Shown: positions 1 through 10,257, numbered from the stretch's first letter. The stretch: DNA of 64,000 nt from an uncultured Methanocellaceae archaeon (GCA_963738255.1 CAVTVW010000009.1:83441-147440), one strand, 5' to 3'. Notes: generated by a model not told the origin, from the sequence alone. Numbers and translations are program-made.

Positions 1-663
1 TTGTTTTAATTCGGATAGCTTGCCGCACGCAATGAGCTTTCCATTATAGAGGATGCCCACTCTATCGCAGAGTTTTTCCGCCATCTCCAGGATGTGCGTC
101 GATAAAAATATCGTGCCACCCTCTGCGACGTACTTTTTCAGATATTCGCGCACATTCCGCTGCACGATCGGGTCCAGGTCCAGGAACGGCTCGTCGAGGA
201 ACAGCAGCTTGGGGTTGTGCACCAGCGCAGCGGAGATCATGACTTTCTTCTTGGTGCCCTTGCTCAGGTCTTTGCACATTACATCTTCTTTCTTTTTTAG
301 GTCGAAAAACTCGATCCAGTGGTCGATCTTCGGTTTCGGGTCGTCCACCTTACGCAGGCTGCAGACCAGGTCCAGGTACTCCCTTACCGTTAAAAAGCTG
401 GGCGGGTACTCCATCTCGGGCACGATGCCCATTTTTTCCTTAACACCCATCGGGTTGGCGGTCACGTCGATGCCCATGACTGTGGCTGTGCCCGCCGTAG
501 GCACCAGCGAGCCTGTAAGAATGCCGATTGTCGTTGTCTTACCCGAGCCATTCGGCCCAAGCAGGCAGAATGATTCTCCCTCGGCAACCTCGATGCTCAG
601 GTCATTCAGCGCCTCGACCTTCCCATACATTTTTGTTAAGCCTTTCGTTATTATAGCCGTCAT
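1..663 (-). CDS. ABC transporter ATP-binding protein (runs off the left edge)
   Basis: Read manually from ATG at 663: MTAIITKGLTKMYGKVEALNDLSIEVAEGESFCLLGPNGSGKTT. Walker A present, then LSKGTKKK signature and LFLDEP Walker B. Absent from the ORF track because the stop lies outside the window. Confidence 0.9.
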   Translation of the reverse strand, partial: MTAIITKGLTKMYGKVEALNDLSIEVAEGESFCLLGPNGSGKTTTIGILTGSLVPTAGTATVMGIDVTANPMGVKEKMGIVPEMEYPPSFLTVREYLDLVCSLRKVDDPKPKIDHWIEFFDLKKKEDVMCKDLSKGTKKKVMISAALVHNPKLLFLDEPFLDLDPIVQRNVREYLKKYVAEGGTIFLSTHILEMAEKLCDRVGILYNGKLIACGKLSELKQ

Positions 664-855
664 TCGTATCGTAAAGTTTTAAACCTCCGGGTTTTATATA
701 CTTACCGATTTTTGAATATGCAGAACCGGCAGACGTGATATTATTTTTCTATTTTCGGTGATTTTGGAACAAAATTGTAAGGGCGACTACTATCTATAAA
801 AAAGGAATTAATGCTATGCGATCGATTTGATGCCTGATGTGGTCGGGGGAGGGGG

Positions 856-1368
856 TCATTCAATGAGCACAAGCCCGAAGCGGTTCATCTGGCCTGACCG
901 ATCCTTCAGCACTTCAATATGATAGCCGTTATTCCTGGCTGTGCCGAACACGTCTATACCGCACCCTTCCATCGAAGGCCGGGCGCTTTCGACATGCCTG
1001 CATTCCTTCATCGTACATTTCGTGCAAAGCCGGCAGGGACCGCCACCTAGAGCAAACGCCTTATAGTACCCGGCGAGGAAGAAATCCCGCTCGAGTATGG
1101 CGACGACTTTGGTCGGGTCCTTCTCTCTTTTGATATCATCGGTAAAATGCACAAGCAGCGCATTTTTATAGCAATCGACCAGCTCTTTTGTCTCTCGGTA
1201 AGTGGGCGAGTTCGGCGGGCAGCAAAGGCTGCTGTTATACCCGTCGCATCCGTACCTGCACTTCCAGCGGACCCACGCCGCTGTTACGATGCTGTCTGTT
1301 TTTATGATCCTCGCATCGTCGGCTCCCAGCTCGACTGCCTTCTTCACAAACTTCCCATATTTTTTCAT
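856..1368 (-). CDS. DUF2284-family Cys-rich metal-binding protein
   Basis: WKCRYGC...CCPP, GGPCRLCTKC, RPSMEGCGIDVF motifs. Confidence 0.85.
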   Translation of the reverse strand: MKKYGKFVKKAVELGADDARIIKTDSIVTAAWVRWKCRYGCDGYNSSLCCPPNSPTYRETKELVDCYKNALLVHFTDDIKREKDPTKVVAILERDFFLAGYYKAFALGGGPCRLCTKCTMKECRHVESARPSMEGCGIDVFGTARNNGYHIEVLKDRSGQMNRFGLVLIE

Positions 1369-1459
1369 GTCGATCAGACCATAATGGCTATTTGATATCT
1401 TTTAGTCATACTGGCCCTTATTGTTTCCTGTAAGCCATCCAGGCGGGTATCAGTTGCGG

Positions 1460-2155
1460 TCATTCCTTGCTAAGCTTTTCAGCGAAGGCCGCCACTTTCT
1501 TTGCGGCTCCTGTCATGATCGGCTTATTGTGGCCCGAGAGCATGATCTCATAGTCCAGCGATCCCATTTTCTTTATGGACCCCAGCGACGCGGCTTTTTC
1601 CGCGTCATAATTCAGCGGCTTGATGAACTCATCGCCCTTCATTCGTAGCGTATCACTGGAAAACAGCAGCTTCTGCGACGGGCAGTAAAGCCCAATGTTG
1701 CCAGGGCTGTGTCCCGGTAAACCGACAACCACGAGGCCGCCCAGGACCGGTATCATATCGCCATCCTTAAGCCTCCGGTCCACCGGTGCCGGATCACTCT
1801 TGAATATACGCAGGAGCAGGGGTCCGACTAGCCAAAGAGGGAAGCGCATTTTCGGGACCGTCATCGATTTCTTGCCCTCGATCACATCGGAGTCCGCCTC
1901 ACCGGCCATCACCGTCGCCTTCGTGGAATCTCGCATCGCACGAAGTCCACCGACGTGGTCCAGATGGCTGTGCGTAATTATGATGCGTTTAACATCCGAT
2001 GGGCCAAATCCAAGCTCTTGAATCGTCTTTAAAATGGCCTTATCACTGCCACTCATACCTGTATCTATAAGTGTAATACTATTGTCAACGATCACGTAGA
2101 CATGGCATCCTCTGATGCCATCTACCATATATATTCCAGGGATTATTTCGGTCAT
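1460..2155 (-). CDS. Metallo-beta-lactamase-fold hydrolase
   Basis: THSHLDHVGG, PGHSPG, SSD and SGH motifs. Confidence 0.9.
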   Translation of the reverse strand: MTEIIPGIYMVDGIRGCHVYVIVDNSITLIDTGMSGSDKAILKTIQELGFGPSDVKRIIITHSHLDHVGGLRAMRDSTKATVMAGEADSDVIEGKKSMTVPKMRFPLWLVGPLLLRIFKSDPAPVDRRLKDGDMIPVLGGLVVVGLPGHSPGNIGLYCPSQKLLFSSDTLRMKGDEFIKPLNYDAEKAASLGSIKKMGSLDYEIMLSGHNKPIMTGAAKKVAAFAEKLSKE

Positions 2156-2168
2156 GGGATCACCATCG

Positions 2169-3314
2169 CTATCTGCGGATCATCTTCCGCAGCAGTGGCG
2201 TGTGTATGTACACGGCGCCTGCCGGGCATAGTTCCTGGCAGCAATAGCAGCGTATGCATTTATTATTATCAATGGACGGAACCGAGCCTTTCGTGAATTT
2301 TATCGCTTTAGGCGGGCAGTCCTTTGCGCATTCGCCGCATTTCTTGCATTTTGCCGCATCGATACGGGGCTTATATGCCATCAGGCTCTTCAAGCCGCCC
2401 ATCAGAAATGCCGGGCCTTCGAACGATCGGGCTGTCGTCGTCTTCTTGAAGTCCTTGATGATCAGCGGCTCGACCTTCTCGCCGAATATCATAACATCTC
2501 CCAGGCTTTTCGGCCCGAGGCCTCTTTCGCATGCCTGTTTCACCGTCGGTACTACCATCGGATCGAAGCCGGCGATCGTCGTGGCCACATAATCGAGTGC
2601 CGTACTGCTCTTACTAGACATGATCAGCCCTATCTTTCGTGGGTCGCCGTTCGACGGCCCGTTGCCCTCCATGCCGATGACGGCATCCATGATGTTAATG
2701 GCGGGCCGGCATGTCTCATGCAAATCAATCAAGAATTCCGCAAAGAGACTCGGGTCTTTAGAAGCATGTAAATGGTATTCCACCTTCGTCATGCCAGGGA
2801 TAAACCCGTAGCTCAGCTTCACTGCGCCGGTGAACAGCGCGAGGCCGTGAGTTTTCATTTTTGGCAGGCCTATGATCACGTCTGCATCTGTCACCGCTTT
2901 GGCGATCTTAAACTGCTTGAACGTCCTCGCCCTGTCTGAAGATACCTGCGTATCCGCACTGTCAAACCTTACCAGCTCGCAGCCCGTCTCTTCGACGACT
3001 TTCTGTATGCCGGTCTTTTCTATTAGCGCCTTATACGAGTTAACGCTGCTTCCGCCGCCCGGAGAGTCACCGACGATCGGCGTGGCTCCAAGCTCCTGCA
3101 CCATTTTTACGACCGCTTTGACCACGGACGGATGCGTCGTTACGGCCGCTTCGGGCGGCTTTGAGGATAACAGGTTTAGCTTGATCAGTACTCGATTACC
3201 TTTCTTAACGACGCTACCCAGCCCTCCGAGAGGTGCCAGGCTCGCTTCGATGGCTTTACGTACTTCGGCTTCGTCGTAAGAATCACATTTCACTATTGAT
3301 ACTTCATAACTCAT
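2169..3314 (-). CDS. DUF362 domain protein with C-terminal 2x[4Fe-4S] ferredoxin
   Basis: VLIKLNL...TTHP, PKMKTH, MEGNGP; CKKCGECAKDCP and CIRCYCCQELCP. Confidence 0.9.
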   Translation of the reverse strand: MSYEVSIVKCDSYDEAEVRKAIEASLAPLGGLGSVVKKGNRVLIKLNLLSSKPPEAAVTTHPSVVKAVVKMVQELGATPIVGDSPGGGSSVNSYKALIEKTGIQKVVEETGCELVRFDSADTQVSSDRARTFKQFKIAKAVTDADVIIGLPKMKTHGLALFTGAVKLSYGFIPGMTKVEYHLHASKDPSLFAEFLIDLHETCRPAINIMDAVIGMEGNGPSNGDPRKIGLIMSSKSSTALDYVATTIAGFDPMVVPTVKQACERGLGPKSLGDVMIFGEKVEPLIIKDFKKTTTARSFEGPAFLMGGLKSLMAYKPRIDAAKCKKCGECAKDCPPKAIKFTKGSVPSIDNNKCIRCYCCQELCPAGAVYIHTPLLRKMIRR

Positions 3315-3376
3315 GATGGTCTTCCTGCGTCACTTTTTGACACGTCGTCTCATCATCTAATATCCTAAAAACAAAA

Positions 3377-3588
3377 AGCGGTCGTCGAGGCGTTTCGGGC
3401 ATCAGTCGGCCGAAGGCCGATGCGTAGCTGGCAGGGTAATGGACGTGGCCTTTTATGGCCACGTCGCTTAGGGCTTGCGGAGGCCGAAAGCGCGAAGCGC
3501 CTTTCGGCCGAGGGTGCGAGCCCGGCCCTGACAGCGAAGCACCCGAAAAGCCGAGTAGCCCGGCCATCAGGCCGGGGGTCGACCCGCT
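3377..3588 (+). other. GC-rich, fully folded multibranch non-coding element (ncRNA or ssDNA REP/MITE-like)
   Basis: Nested long-range stems plus four hairpins, two with c-GAA-g triloops; see findings. Confidence 0.7.
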
Positions 3589-3613
3589 AAGTACATCACT
3601 CTTTTCTCTACCT

Positions 3614-4807
3614 CTACCTCGTCATCGACCTTCTGAACACCGGTATGGCGATCGCGAGCATGACGGCTCCGAAGACGACCAGTATGATCAATTCGGGCAG
3701 GATGTCCGTGATCCCTGCGTTCAGGATCATTACTTTTCGCATGGCCGTGATAGCATACGTCAGCGGCAGAGCCTTGGATATGTCTTGCATGAACCACGGC
3801 ATCTGCTGTATCGGGAAGAACACGCCCGTCAGGAACATCATCGGGAACTGCAGCACTGTCATGAGGATCGTCGCGGTCTCCTCATTGTTCGCCAGCGACG
3901 TCAGTAATATCCCCACGCCGATGAAGCTGAAGGTGCCCAGGAACAGCAGCACGAATGCTAGCAACAGGCTCCCTTCCTGGATGCTCACGCCGAAGATCAA
4001 TACAGCGATGATAATGACGACAATGCCCTGAATGAAACCACGCACCGTTTGCGCGATAGTCTTACCGAATATGATAGACATCTCGCTGACTGGCGCGGCC
4101 AGTATGCCGTCGAACGTACCTATCTCCTTTTCATGCGAGATGGCTCTTGGTATGCCTGTCATGGCCCCCATCATCACGATCATCATTAAGAGACCTGGAG
4201 CGATGAAGTCAAAGTAGTTCAAGTTGCCCGGGACCGTTCCTTGTGATACCGGCACGTAAGGCGTGATGACTGCCTGCGGGTTCACTGTCTTATTTGCCTC
4301 GAGGCTCAGCATCTGCACCTGGGCTATACTACTAAACGAACCAAGCCTGCTGACAACCTGCGAGCCGATGCCCTGCATGACCATCGATACCTGCGGGATA
4401 CTGTTATCAGATAACACCGTAACATTGGTTTGTTTTCTTTGCGCAATGTCGCTTGAGAATCCCTGTGGAATAATGATCGCGCCGTATATCTGCCCTTGTC
4501 GGACCAGTGTCGTCGCATCATCTATGCTTGCCGCCGATTGAAGGATCATCGGATTCGGAGTCGTCATGTTGTTCATGGCTTCCAGCTGCGTGAAGAATTG
4601 CACGCTGGCGTTGCTGTGATCGAGGTCGACCATAGCAACAGGTATGTTCGAGTAAGAGCTGCCTGTCGGGAAGATGAACCCGGTCATGAGGAGCATGAAG
4701 AACGGCATGAGGAACAGGAACATCAGCCCGATGCGGTTACGCTCGAATTCCATCAGGTCCTTTATTGCGATGCGGTAACTGTCTTGTAAGCCTTTTATGA
4801 TTCCCAT
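3614..4807 (-). CDS. ABC-2 type exporter permease
   Basis: N-terminal TM, VAMVDLDHS extracellular domain, EKEIGTF motif, C-terminal TMs with PLTYAI. Confidence 0.9.
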   Translation of the reverse strand: MGIIKGLQDSYRIAIKDLMEFERNRIGLMFLFLMPFFMLLMTGFIFPTGSSYSNIPVAMVDLDHSNASVQFFTQLEAMNNMTTPNPMILQSAASIDDATTLVRQGQIYGAIIIPQGFSSDIAQRKQTNVTVLSDNSIPQVSMVMQGIGSQVVSRLGSFSSIAQVQMLSLEANKTVNPQAVITPYVPVSQGTVPGNLNYFDFIAPGLLMMIVMMGAMTGIPRAISHEKEIGTFDGILAAPVSEMSIIFGKTIAQTVRGFIQGIVVIIIAVLIFGVSIQEGSLLLAFVLLFLGTFSFIGVGILLTSLANNEETATILMTVLQFPMMFLTGVFFPIQQMPWFMQDISKALPLTYAITAMRKVMILNAGITDILPELIILVVFGAVMLAIAIPVFRRSMTR

Positions 4808-4811
4808 GGTC

Positions 4812-5834
4812 TCACCTCACCCTCGCCTTTGGCGCACTAAACGGCCCACGGCGCATGCCGCTTGCAGGGGCCTTTTCATTTGCATGGTCACGCATCGCCT
4901 TACCCGTTACAGATAAGAACACGTCCTCCAGTGTCGGCTCGTTGGTGTTGATCGTCGTGATCGTGCCTCCGTCCTGCCGTATCGCATCGAGGATCTTGTC
5001 GACTCCCTCGTTTCCTTTTGCGCTGATCTTCAAGTCGTACGCATCCGGTTGATCGACAGCAGCCACGCATTCCAGCTTCTGTATCTTGCCGACCAGTGAC
5101 GGAGTAAGATTCGGTACCCGTACGGTCAGCACGGTCATATCGGCTTCTTTTACAAGCTTCTTGAGGTTTCCCGGCGTGTCGAGCGCAATGATCTTGCCGT
5201 GGTCTATGATCGCGATACGGTTGCTGAGAGCCTCGGCTTCTATCATTGCGTGTGTCGTGAGTATGACGGTCGTGCCTTTCTTGTTTATGTCCCTTATTAA
5301 GTCCCTGATGGAGAGCGTCGTCTGAGGGTCCAGGCCTAATGTGGGCTCATCCATGAATATGACCTTGGGCTCGGTGAGCAGTGCCCGTATGACGTTGATG
5401 CGCTGGCGCATGCCGGTCGAGAACTTCTTGATCTGGGCATTTTTCCAGTCCGTCATGTCGACAAGCTTAAGCAGCTCATCGATCCTGGTCTCTATCTTTT
5501 GCTTGGGCATCTGGTACAGGTTCCCGAAGAACCGCAGGTTCTCCGCAGCCGTTAACTGGTCATACATGATCATTTTTTCGGCGACGAGCCCGATGCTCGC
5601 CCTGACATTGTCCGGCTGTTTCAGAAGGTCATAGCCGTTGACCTTCGCGTCCCCGGCCGTCGGCCTCGCAAGCGTGCACAGCATCCTGATCGTCGTGCTC
5701 TTGCCGGCACCATTAGGGCCTAAAAATCCGAAAATCTCTCTATCATTTACGTTAAACGAAATATTGTCAACAGCGGTAAAAGTACCAAACTTCTTCGTTA
5801 GGCCTTGTACCTCTATAGCGTAATTCTCTGTCAT
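4812..5834 (-). CDS. ABC exporter ATP-binding protein (DrrA-like)
   Basis: GPNGAGKST, FSTGMRQR, FMDEPT, C-terminal PTLEDVF. Confidence 0.93.
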   Translation of the reverse strand: MTENYAIEVQGLTKKFGTFTAVDNISFNVNDREIFGFLGPNGAGKSTTIRMLCTLARPTAGDAKVNGYDLLKQPDNVRASIGLVAEKMIMYDQLTAAENLRFFGNLYQMPKQKIETRIDELLKLVDMTDWKNAQIKKFSTGMRQRINVIRALLTEPKVIFMDEPTLGLDPQTTLSIRDLIRDINKKGTTVILTTHAMIEAEALSNRIAIIDHGKIIALDTPGNLKKLVKEADMTVLTVRVPNLTPSLVGKIQKLECVAAVDQPDAYDLKISAKGNEGVDKILDAIRQDGGTITTINTNEPTLEDVFLSVTGKAMRDHANEKAPASGMRRGPFSAPKARVR

Positions 5835-6169
5835 GGTTTTTTCTCCGGTAAATCGCCAAGTAGATTGTTAAATTCTATCATCATTTCTTGTCTTTTCTTC
5901 TTAAGATGCAGGATGACTTCCTTGCCTTCAGACGTTATCGAGTACACCTTTTTACGATCGATCTCTTCCATTGTGATGTAGCCCCGTGACATCAGGAACT
6001 CAAGCGCCGGATAAATAGAGCCCGGGCTCGGCTCCCAGTGACCGTGGGTGTTCTCCTCGATCTTATGGATAATATCATATCCATGCATTGGCGTATCGTT
6101 GATCATCTTCAGGATGATCATCTTTAGAAACCCTTTGCGCATCTCGTTGTTCATCGCTTCGTCTATCAT
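5831..6169 (-). CDS. PadR-family transcriptional regulator
   Basis: PMHGYDI...PSPGSIYPAL...RKKVYSIT; overlaps the ABC ATPase start, consistent with an operon. Confidence 0.92.
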   Translation of the reverse strand: MIDEAMNNEMRKGFLKMIILKMINDTPMHGYDIIHKIEENTHGHWEPSPGSIYPALEFLMSRGYITMEEIDRKKVYSITSEGKEVILHLKKKRQEMMIEFNNLLGDLPEKKP

Positions 6170-6170
6170 A

Positions 6171-6228
6171 TATCAGATGCCGATATATCGGTGTCCGATA
6201 CTCAGCATGTATATCGATGTCCGATATA
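6171..6228. promoter_or_regulatory. Three palindromic operators TATCG-N5-CGATA between the TATA box and the padR start
   Basis: tatcagatgccgata 6171-6185, tatcggtgtccgata 6186-6200, tatcgatgtccgata 6212-6226; minus-strand TTATATAT at 6231-6238. Confidence 0.8.
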
Positions 6229-6365
6229 ACATATATAACTTTTGGTTAATTGCTTACCATGCGGGGATTTAAACCGTCTATTAAACGTATGGCACCACAA
6301 TCCTTCAAGCCGGGTGTATATCGAAGTTCTTTAAAAACACTAAAATAGGACGAGGATTATATTAT

Positions 6366-7451
6366 ATGCAAGGTGATACCTTGGATGACATAAGCGGAAA
6401 GCCGGACATCATCGATAATATGCCCATAGGCGTGCTGATCGTTGACGAGAACATGAAAGTGATTCGTTTCAACGGTGTTATGGCAGAGCAGCTCAGCACT
6501 TTTTTAAGCGGGCCGCTTTCCGAAGGTATTGAATTTTCGCATATCATGTCGGACGAAAAGGTCATCCTGATGCTGATAGAAACGATCTCCGGAAACTCGT
6601 TAAATATGTACGGCTATCGTTTTGAAAGCAAGGTCGAAGGCGCCGAAGATCGATTTTTTGACCTTATTGCCTCCCCCTTGAAAGATGCTTCCGGAGCCGG
6701 CTGCGGAGCAGTGCTTGTCGCGGTGGATGTAACAAATCGCCAGCGGTATATCGAAGGTATCAAGTCAGCCAGGAACGAAGCGGATTTTTATGTTGACCTG
6801 ATGAGCCATGATATCCGTAATTTCAACCAGATCACCGGGGGATATATCGAGCTTTTACAGCTGTCCGACAGGCTGAGCGCCGAGGATACTGCATATCTGG
6901 AAAAAGCACAAAAAGGCGTCACAGGCAGCAACCGGCTGATCGATAACATCAAGAAGGTGCGCATGATCCGCCAGTTCGCCGGTAAGGAGCTAAAGAGGAT
7001 GGACCTGGGCGAGATCTTAAGGCAGGATGCGGAGACTGTTAAAAAATCATCGCCTGAATCCAGTATTAGTTTTAGCGAGTCGGTGAATAAAGAAAGTCGC
7101 TTCATAATGGCCGATGATTATGTGCATGAGATCTTCCGCCACATCCTGGAGAACGCCGTCAAGCACGATCCCCACGATCAAAAGATCATTGAAGTGGACG
7201 CATCCGAGACCATCGAGCATGGCTGCGCATACTGGATCATCAAAATCGCAGACAACGGAGTCGGCGTACCCGACGATAAAAAACGCTCCATCTTCGAGCG
7301 AATGACAAAGACAACAAAAGGGGCGGGACTGGGGCTATCCATTGTAAGCGTGATCGTCGACAAATACCGGGGCAGGATCTGGGTCGAAGACAGGGTGAAA
7401 GGCGATCCGACAAAAGGTAGCGTCTTCGTCGTACAACTTCCCCGCGCATGA
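6366..7451 (+). CDS. PAS domain sensor histidine kinase
   Basis: PAS (NMPIGVLIVD), H-box MSHDIRN, ENAVKH, IADNGVG, GAGLGL. Confidence 0.92.
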   Translation: MQGDTLDDISGKPDIIDNMPIGVLIVDENMKVIRFNGVMAEQLSTFLSGPLSEGIEFSHIMSDEKVILMLIETISGNSLNMYGYRFESKVEGAEDRFFDLIASPLKDASGAGCGAVLVAVDVTNRQRYIEGIKSARNEADFYVDLMSHDIRNFNQITGGYIELLQLSDRLSAEDTAYLEKAQKGVTGSNRLIDNIKKVRMIRQFAGKELKRMDLGEILRQDAETVKKSSPESSISFSESVNKESRFIMADDYVHEIFRHILENAVKHDPHDQKIIEVDASETIEHGCAYWIIKIADNGVGVPDDKKRSIFERMTKTTKGAGLGLSIVSVIVDKYRGRIWVEDRVKGDPTKGSVFVVQLPRA

Positions 7452-7533
7452 TTTTTTGATTTTTAGTGCTACTGTATGGACAGACAACAAACGAACAAAA
7501 AATCTTCAACACAGTATCAAATTTAAAAAAAGA

Positions 7534-8265
7534 TCAAATCGGCATATTGTTTATGGCCTTGCTGATATCGGGTGTAAGGTAATAATGCTTGAACTTGCCG
7601 TCCTGCTCGAACCGCACGAGCTCGTCCTTCAGGAACCGCTCCATGTGCCAGTGCACACTGCTTTTATCCAGTAAGAACTGATCGGCGAGCATCTGGTTCG
7701 TGACACCCGGCTTTTCCATGATGGCGTGCAGTAAATTCCTGCTCGTGTCGTTCTTCAGATAAGTAATGATGACTTTCTCGATGTCGTTACCCGGCCCATT
7801 CCTGAAGATGCGTGTGAACTTACCCATGCGCTTCAGTATGATCTTACCTTGAAGCTGGAGCATCTGGACGTGATATTTCACTGTGCCATTTTTCATGTTT
7901 TGACGGTCAGTGATCTCAGCCTGCGTGCATCCGGGGTTATCGAGCACGTAATTAAAGATCTTGAGCCGGTTGCCGTTATCGAGCACGTTCTGGATCTTAT
8001 TGACGACAAAGGGCAAACAACCGATCATGCCTATCAATAGCAAGATACCATCGAAGACCGAAGCCACCTGTATCCAGAGCGGAAGGCTCCAGTAGGAAAC
8101 TACCGGCGCATTATTTGCCGATATATCGCCCGCCTGCCCGCTAATACCTGGCGTGACCACATAGTTACCGGGTCCTGAGAAAAGAGGCCCTGTAGCAAGC
8201 AGAAATACCAGTATGATCGCGGTCAGGATCAGGATCCCTGCCGCAAGCACATGCTTAAATCGCAT
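7534..8265 (-). CDS. Membrane-anchored double winged-helix transcriptional regulator
   Basis: Two N-terminal hydrophobic segments, then NPGCTQAEI..GTVKYHV and KPGVTNQML..SSVHWHM HTH repeats. Confidence 0.85.
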   Translation of the reverse strand: MRFKHVLAAGILILTAIILVFLLATGPLFSGPGNYVVTPGISGQAGDISANNAPVVSYWSLPLWIQVASVFDGILLLIGMIGCLPFVVNKIQNVLDNGNRLKIFNYVLDNPGCTQAEITDRQNMKNGTVKYHVQMLQLQGKIILKRMGKFTRIFRNGPGNDIEKVIITYLKNDTSRNLLHAIMEKPGVTNQMLADQFLLDKSSVHWHMERFLKDELVRFEQDGKFKHYYLTPDISKAINNMPI

Positions 8266-8269
8266 TATA

Positions 8270-9136
8270 TCACCATGCCCTTAGATAATAGCCTTCCTGG
8301 CTGGTCACGTTTGTGCCGGTCACTTTAAAAGACCAGCTGCCGGATGTGATACCATCCGGATTACTGACTGTCAGGTTGATCTCGTTATTCAACTTGCCAT
8401 CATAGCTATCATAATATGGCCCCAGCACATGGCCGTCAGGTGTGTATATCATGAGCCTCAGGCTGTCGTTTGCCGTCTGCCATTTTAAGCTCACGTTCAG
8501 TGTTGTAGATCTGCCCGTGATCTCCTGCTGATGCCATACCGTCTCGCCCTGGCTGATCTGACTATTATATCCATTGTCCTGTACTGCCATTGTCGTCGGC
8601 TGCGACAGGATCGGGCTTGAGATATTGATCATGCTATGGAAGGTGAGCAGGCCCGCCGGGCCCTGAAAATCAGCTTCAGGTGGCGGCATCGGTATCCTCA
8701 TATCCGCTACAAAGCTCGCCATGACCAGGCCGTCGATCAAGCCAGCCTGCGAAGCCTTAACCCATTCAACCTGGTACGAGCGATCTTGTTGTCCGGGCGT
8801 ATGCAAGGTCATATTTCCCCTGATGAAGCCATTATCGCTGTTCCTGATCATCTCATGCTTATGGTTGAGCATGAACATGTACAGATCATCCTGCGTTATC
8901 TGGCTGTCCCTCATGTCCAGGGTCACAAAAGTATTGTTATGGTCATCTACTCTGTTCCAGTCATGAAACATCATGACCGGGTCTTTTTCGTACAGAGTTC
9001 CTGCCGTACTGTCATTCGCGAGGCTTACACTGGAGCCGATCGGATCTATAGATCCAATGGTCAGCGATGCCAGTAGCAGGACTACTAATATGACAACGCA
9101 ACTCTTCCTAAACATTAGCATCAGTATAATAAGCAA
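8270..9136 (-). CDS. Secreted protein with C-terminal pre-peptidase (PPC)-like domain
   Basis: Signal peptide; ISQGETVWH...LKW...SLRLMIYTPDG...GPYYDSYDG pattern. Confidence 0.75.
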   Translation of the reverse strand: MLIILMLMFRKSCVVILVVLLLASLTIGSIDPIGSSVSLANDSTAGTLYEKDPVMMFHDWNRVDDHNNTFVTLDMRDSQITQDDLYMFMLNHKHEMIRNSDNGFIRGNMTLHTPGQQDRSYQVEWVKASQAGLIDGLVMASFVADMRIPMPPPEADFQGPAGLLTFHSMINISSPILSQPTTMAVQDNGYNSQISQGETVWHQQEITGRSTTLNVSLKWQTANDSLRLMIYTPDGHVLGPYYDSYDGKLNNEINLTVSNPDGITSGSWSFKVTGTNVTSQEGYYLRAW

Positions 9137-9350
9137 TTATATGGCTATTTATACGTTTTGGCTATATCATCCAACGATTAAAAATAAATGGATAAAAATA
9201 GCCGCCTATCAAAAATGTTCAAAATGGCCATTATATAATCCTTATGGCCGGATCATTAAACTGTGGCTTGATAGTTGGACGATTGAGCGAGAAATGATTT
9301 ATATACTGCTGTTCTATGTTCGCCTAGAAGCAAAATGGAGGCCTGGCAAA

Positions 9351-10256
9351 ATGATCAGGACAGAGAATCTAACAAAAGAATATGACGGTGTTAAAGCTGT
9401 AGATACCGTTTCACTAAATATTAAAAAAGGGGATGTTTTCGGATTCCTCGGCCCCAACGGCTCTGGAAAGTCCACGACCATGGGAATGATGGTCGGGCTG
9501 ATCGAGCCGACTTCGGGCAAGTGTTTCATCAATGATATCGACGTGATCCAGCACCCGCTGGAAGTCAAGAGGATCATCGGTTATATGCCTGACGGTCTTG
9601 GTTTCTACGACAACCTGAACGCCAGGCAGAACTTGAAGTATTTCTCCGAGTTTTATGGCATACCCTCAGCAGATGCGGATAAGCGGATCAAGGAATTACT
9701 CGAGTACGTGGGTCTCAAGGGTGTTGAAAAGAAGACCGAGAGCTACTCCAAGGGTATGCGCCAGCGGCTCGGGCTCGCGTCTGCACTGTTGAACGACCCC
9801 GAAGTAATATTCATGGATGAGCCCTCTGCCGGCCTTGACCCGCAGGGAATGCTCTGCATCAGGGACGCTATTAAAGATATGTCCGCAAAGGGAAAGACTG
9901 TGTTTTTCTCCTCACATATATTAGAGGAAGTGCGCCAGGTGTGCAAAACTATCGGCATCATCTCAAAAGGGAAGATCATCGCGAACGGCACGCCTGACGA
10001 GGTGCGTATGACCATGCAGGGTAAAGACGCGGTCACGATCACCGTAAGGGTCAAAGGCACTATGCCGAAAATAGCGGACTCTCGAATCGTGAACGCCACA
10101 TATAATGATGGCGGCGCTGTGATACATGCCAGCGAGGATATCAGTGACCTGATCTCCGACGAGCTCAACCGGCAGGGCATGCACATACGTGAACTGAGCT
10201 TGCATGAGCGTACACTTGAGGAAGTATTCCTCGAATCCGTATATAAGGGGGCTTAA
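9351..10256 (+). CDS. ABC transporter ATP-binding protein
   Basis: Start MIRTENL at 9351 after GGAGG; GPNGSGKST, YSKGMRQR, FMDEP. Confidence 0.92.
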   Translation: MIRTENLTKEYDGVKAVDTVSLNIKKGDVFGFLGPNGSGKSTTMGMMVGLIEPTSGKCFINDIDVIQHPLEVKRIIGYMPDGLGFYDNLNARQNLKYFSEFYGIPSADADKRIKELLEYVGLKGVEKKTESYSKGMRQRLGLASALLNDPEVIFMDEPSAGLDPQGMLCIRDAIKDMSAKGKTVFFSSHILEEVRQVCKTIGIISKGKIIANGTPDEVRMTMQGKDAVTITVRVKGTMPKIADSRIVNATYNDGGAVIHASEDISDLISDELNRQGMHIRELSLHERTLEEVFLESVYKGA

Positions 10257-10257
10257 C

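Noticed and set aside
3377..3588. Identification as SRP RNA, RNase P RNA or hammerhead ribozyme
   Set aside because: No SRP helix-8 motif and no RNase P GAGGAA..UCC; the minus-strand CUGAUGC..GAAAC does not satisfy CUGANGA with the required stems.
3304..3907. ORFs 3304-3567(-) and 3455-3907(+) over the GC-rich element
   Set aside because: Pro/Arg/Gly-rich translations typical of GC-rich palindromic DNA, and they overlap real genes.
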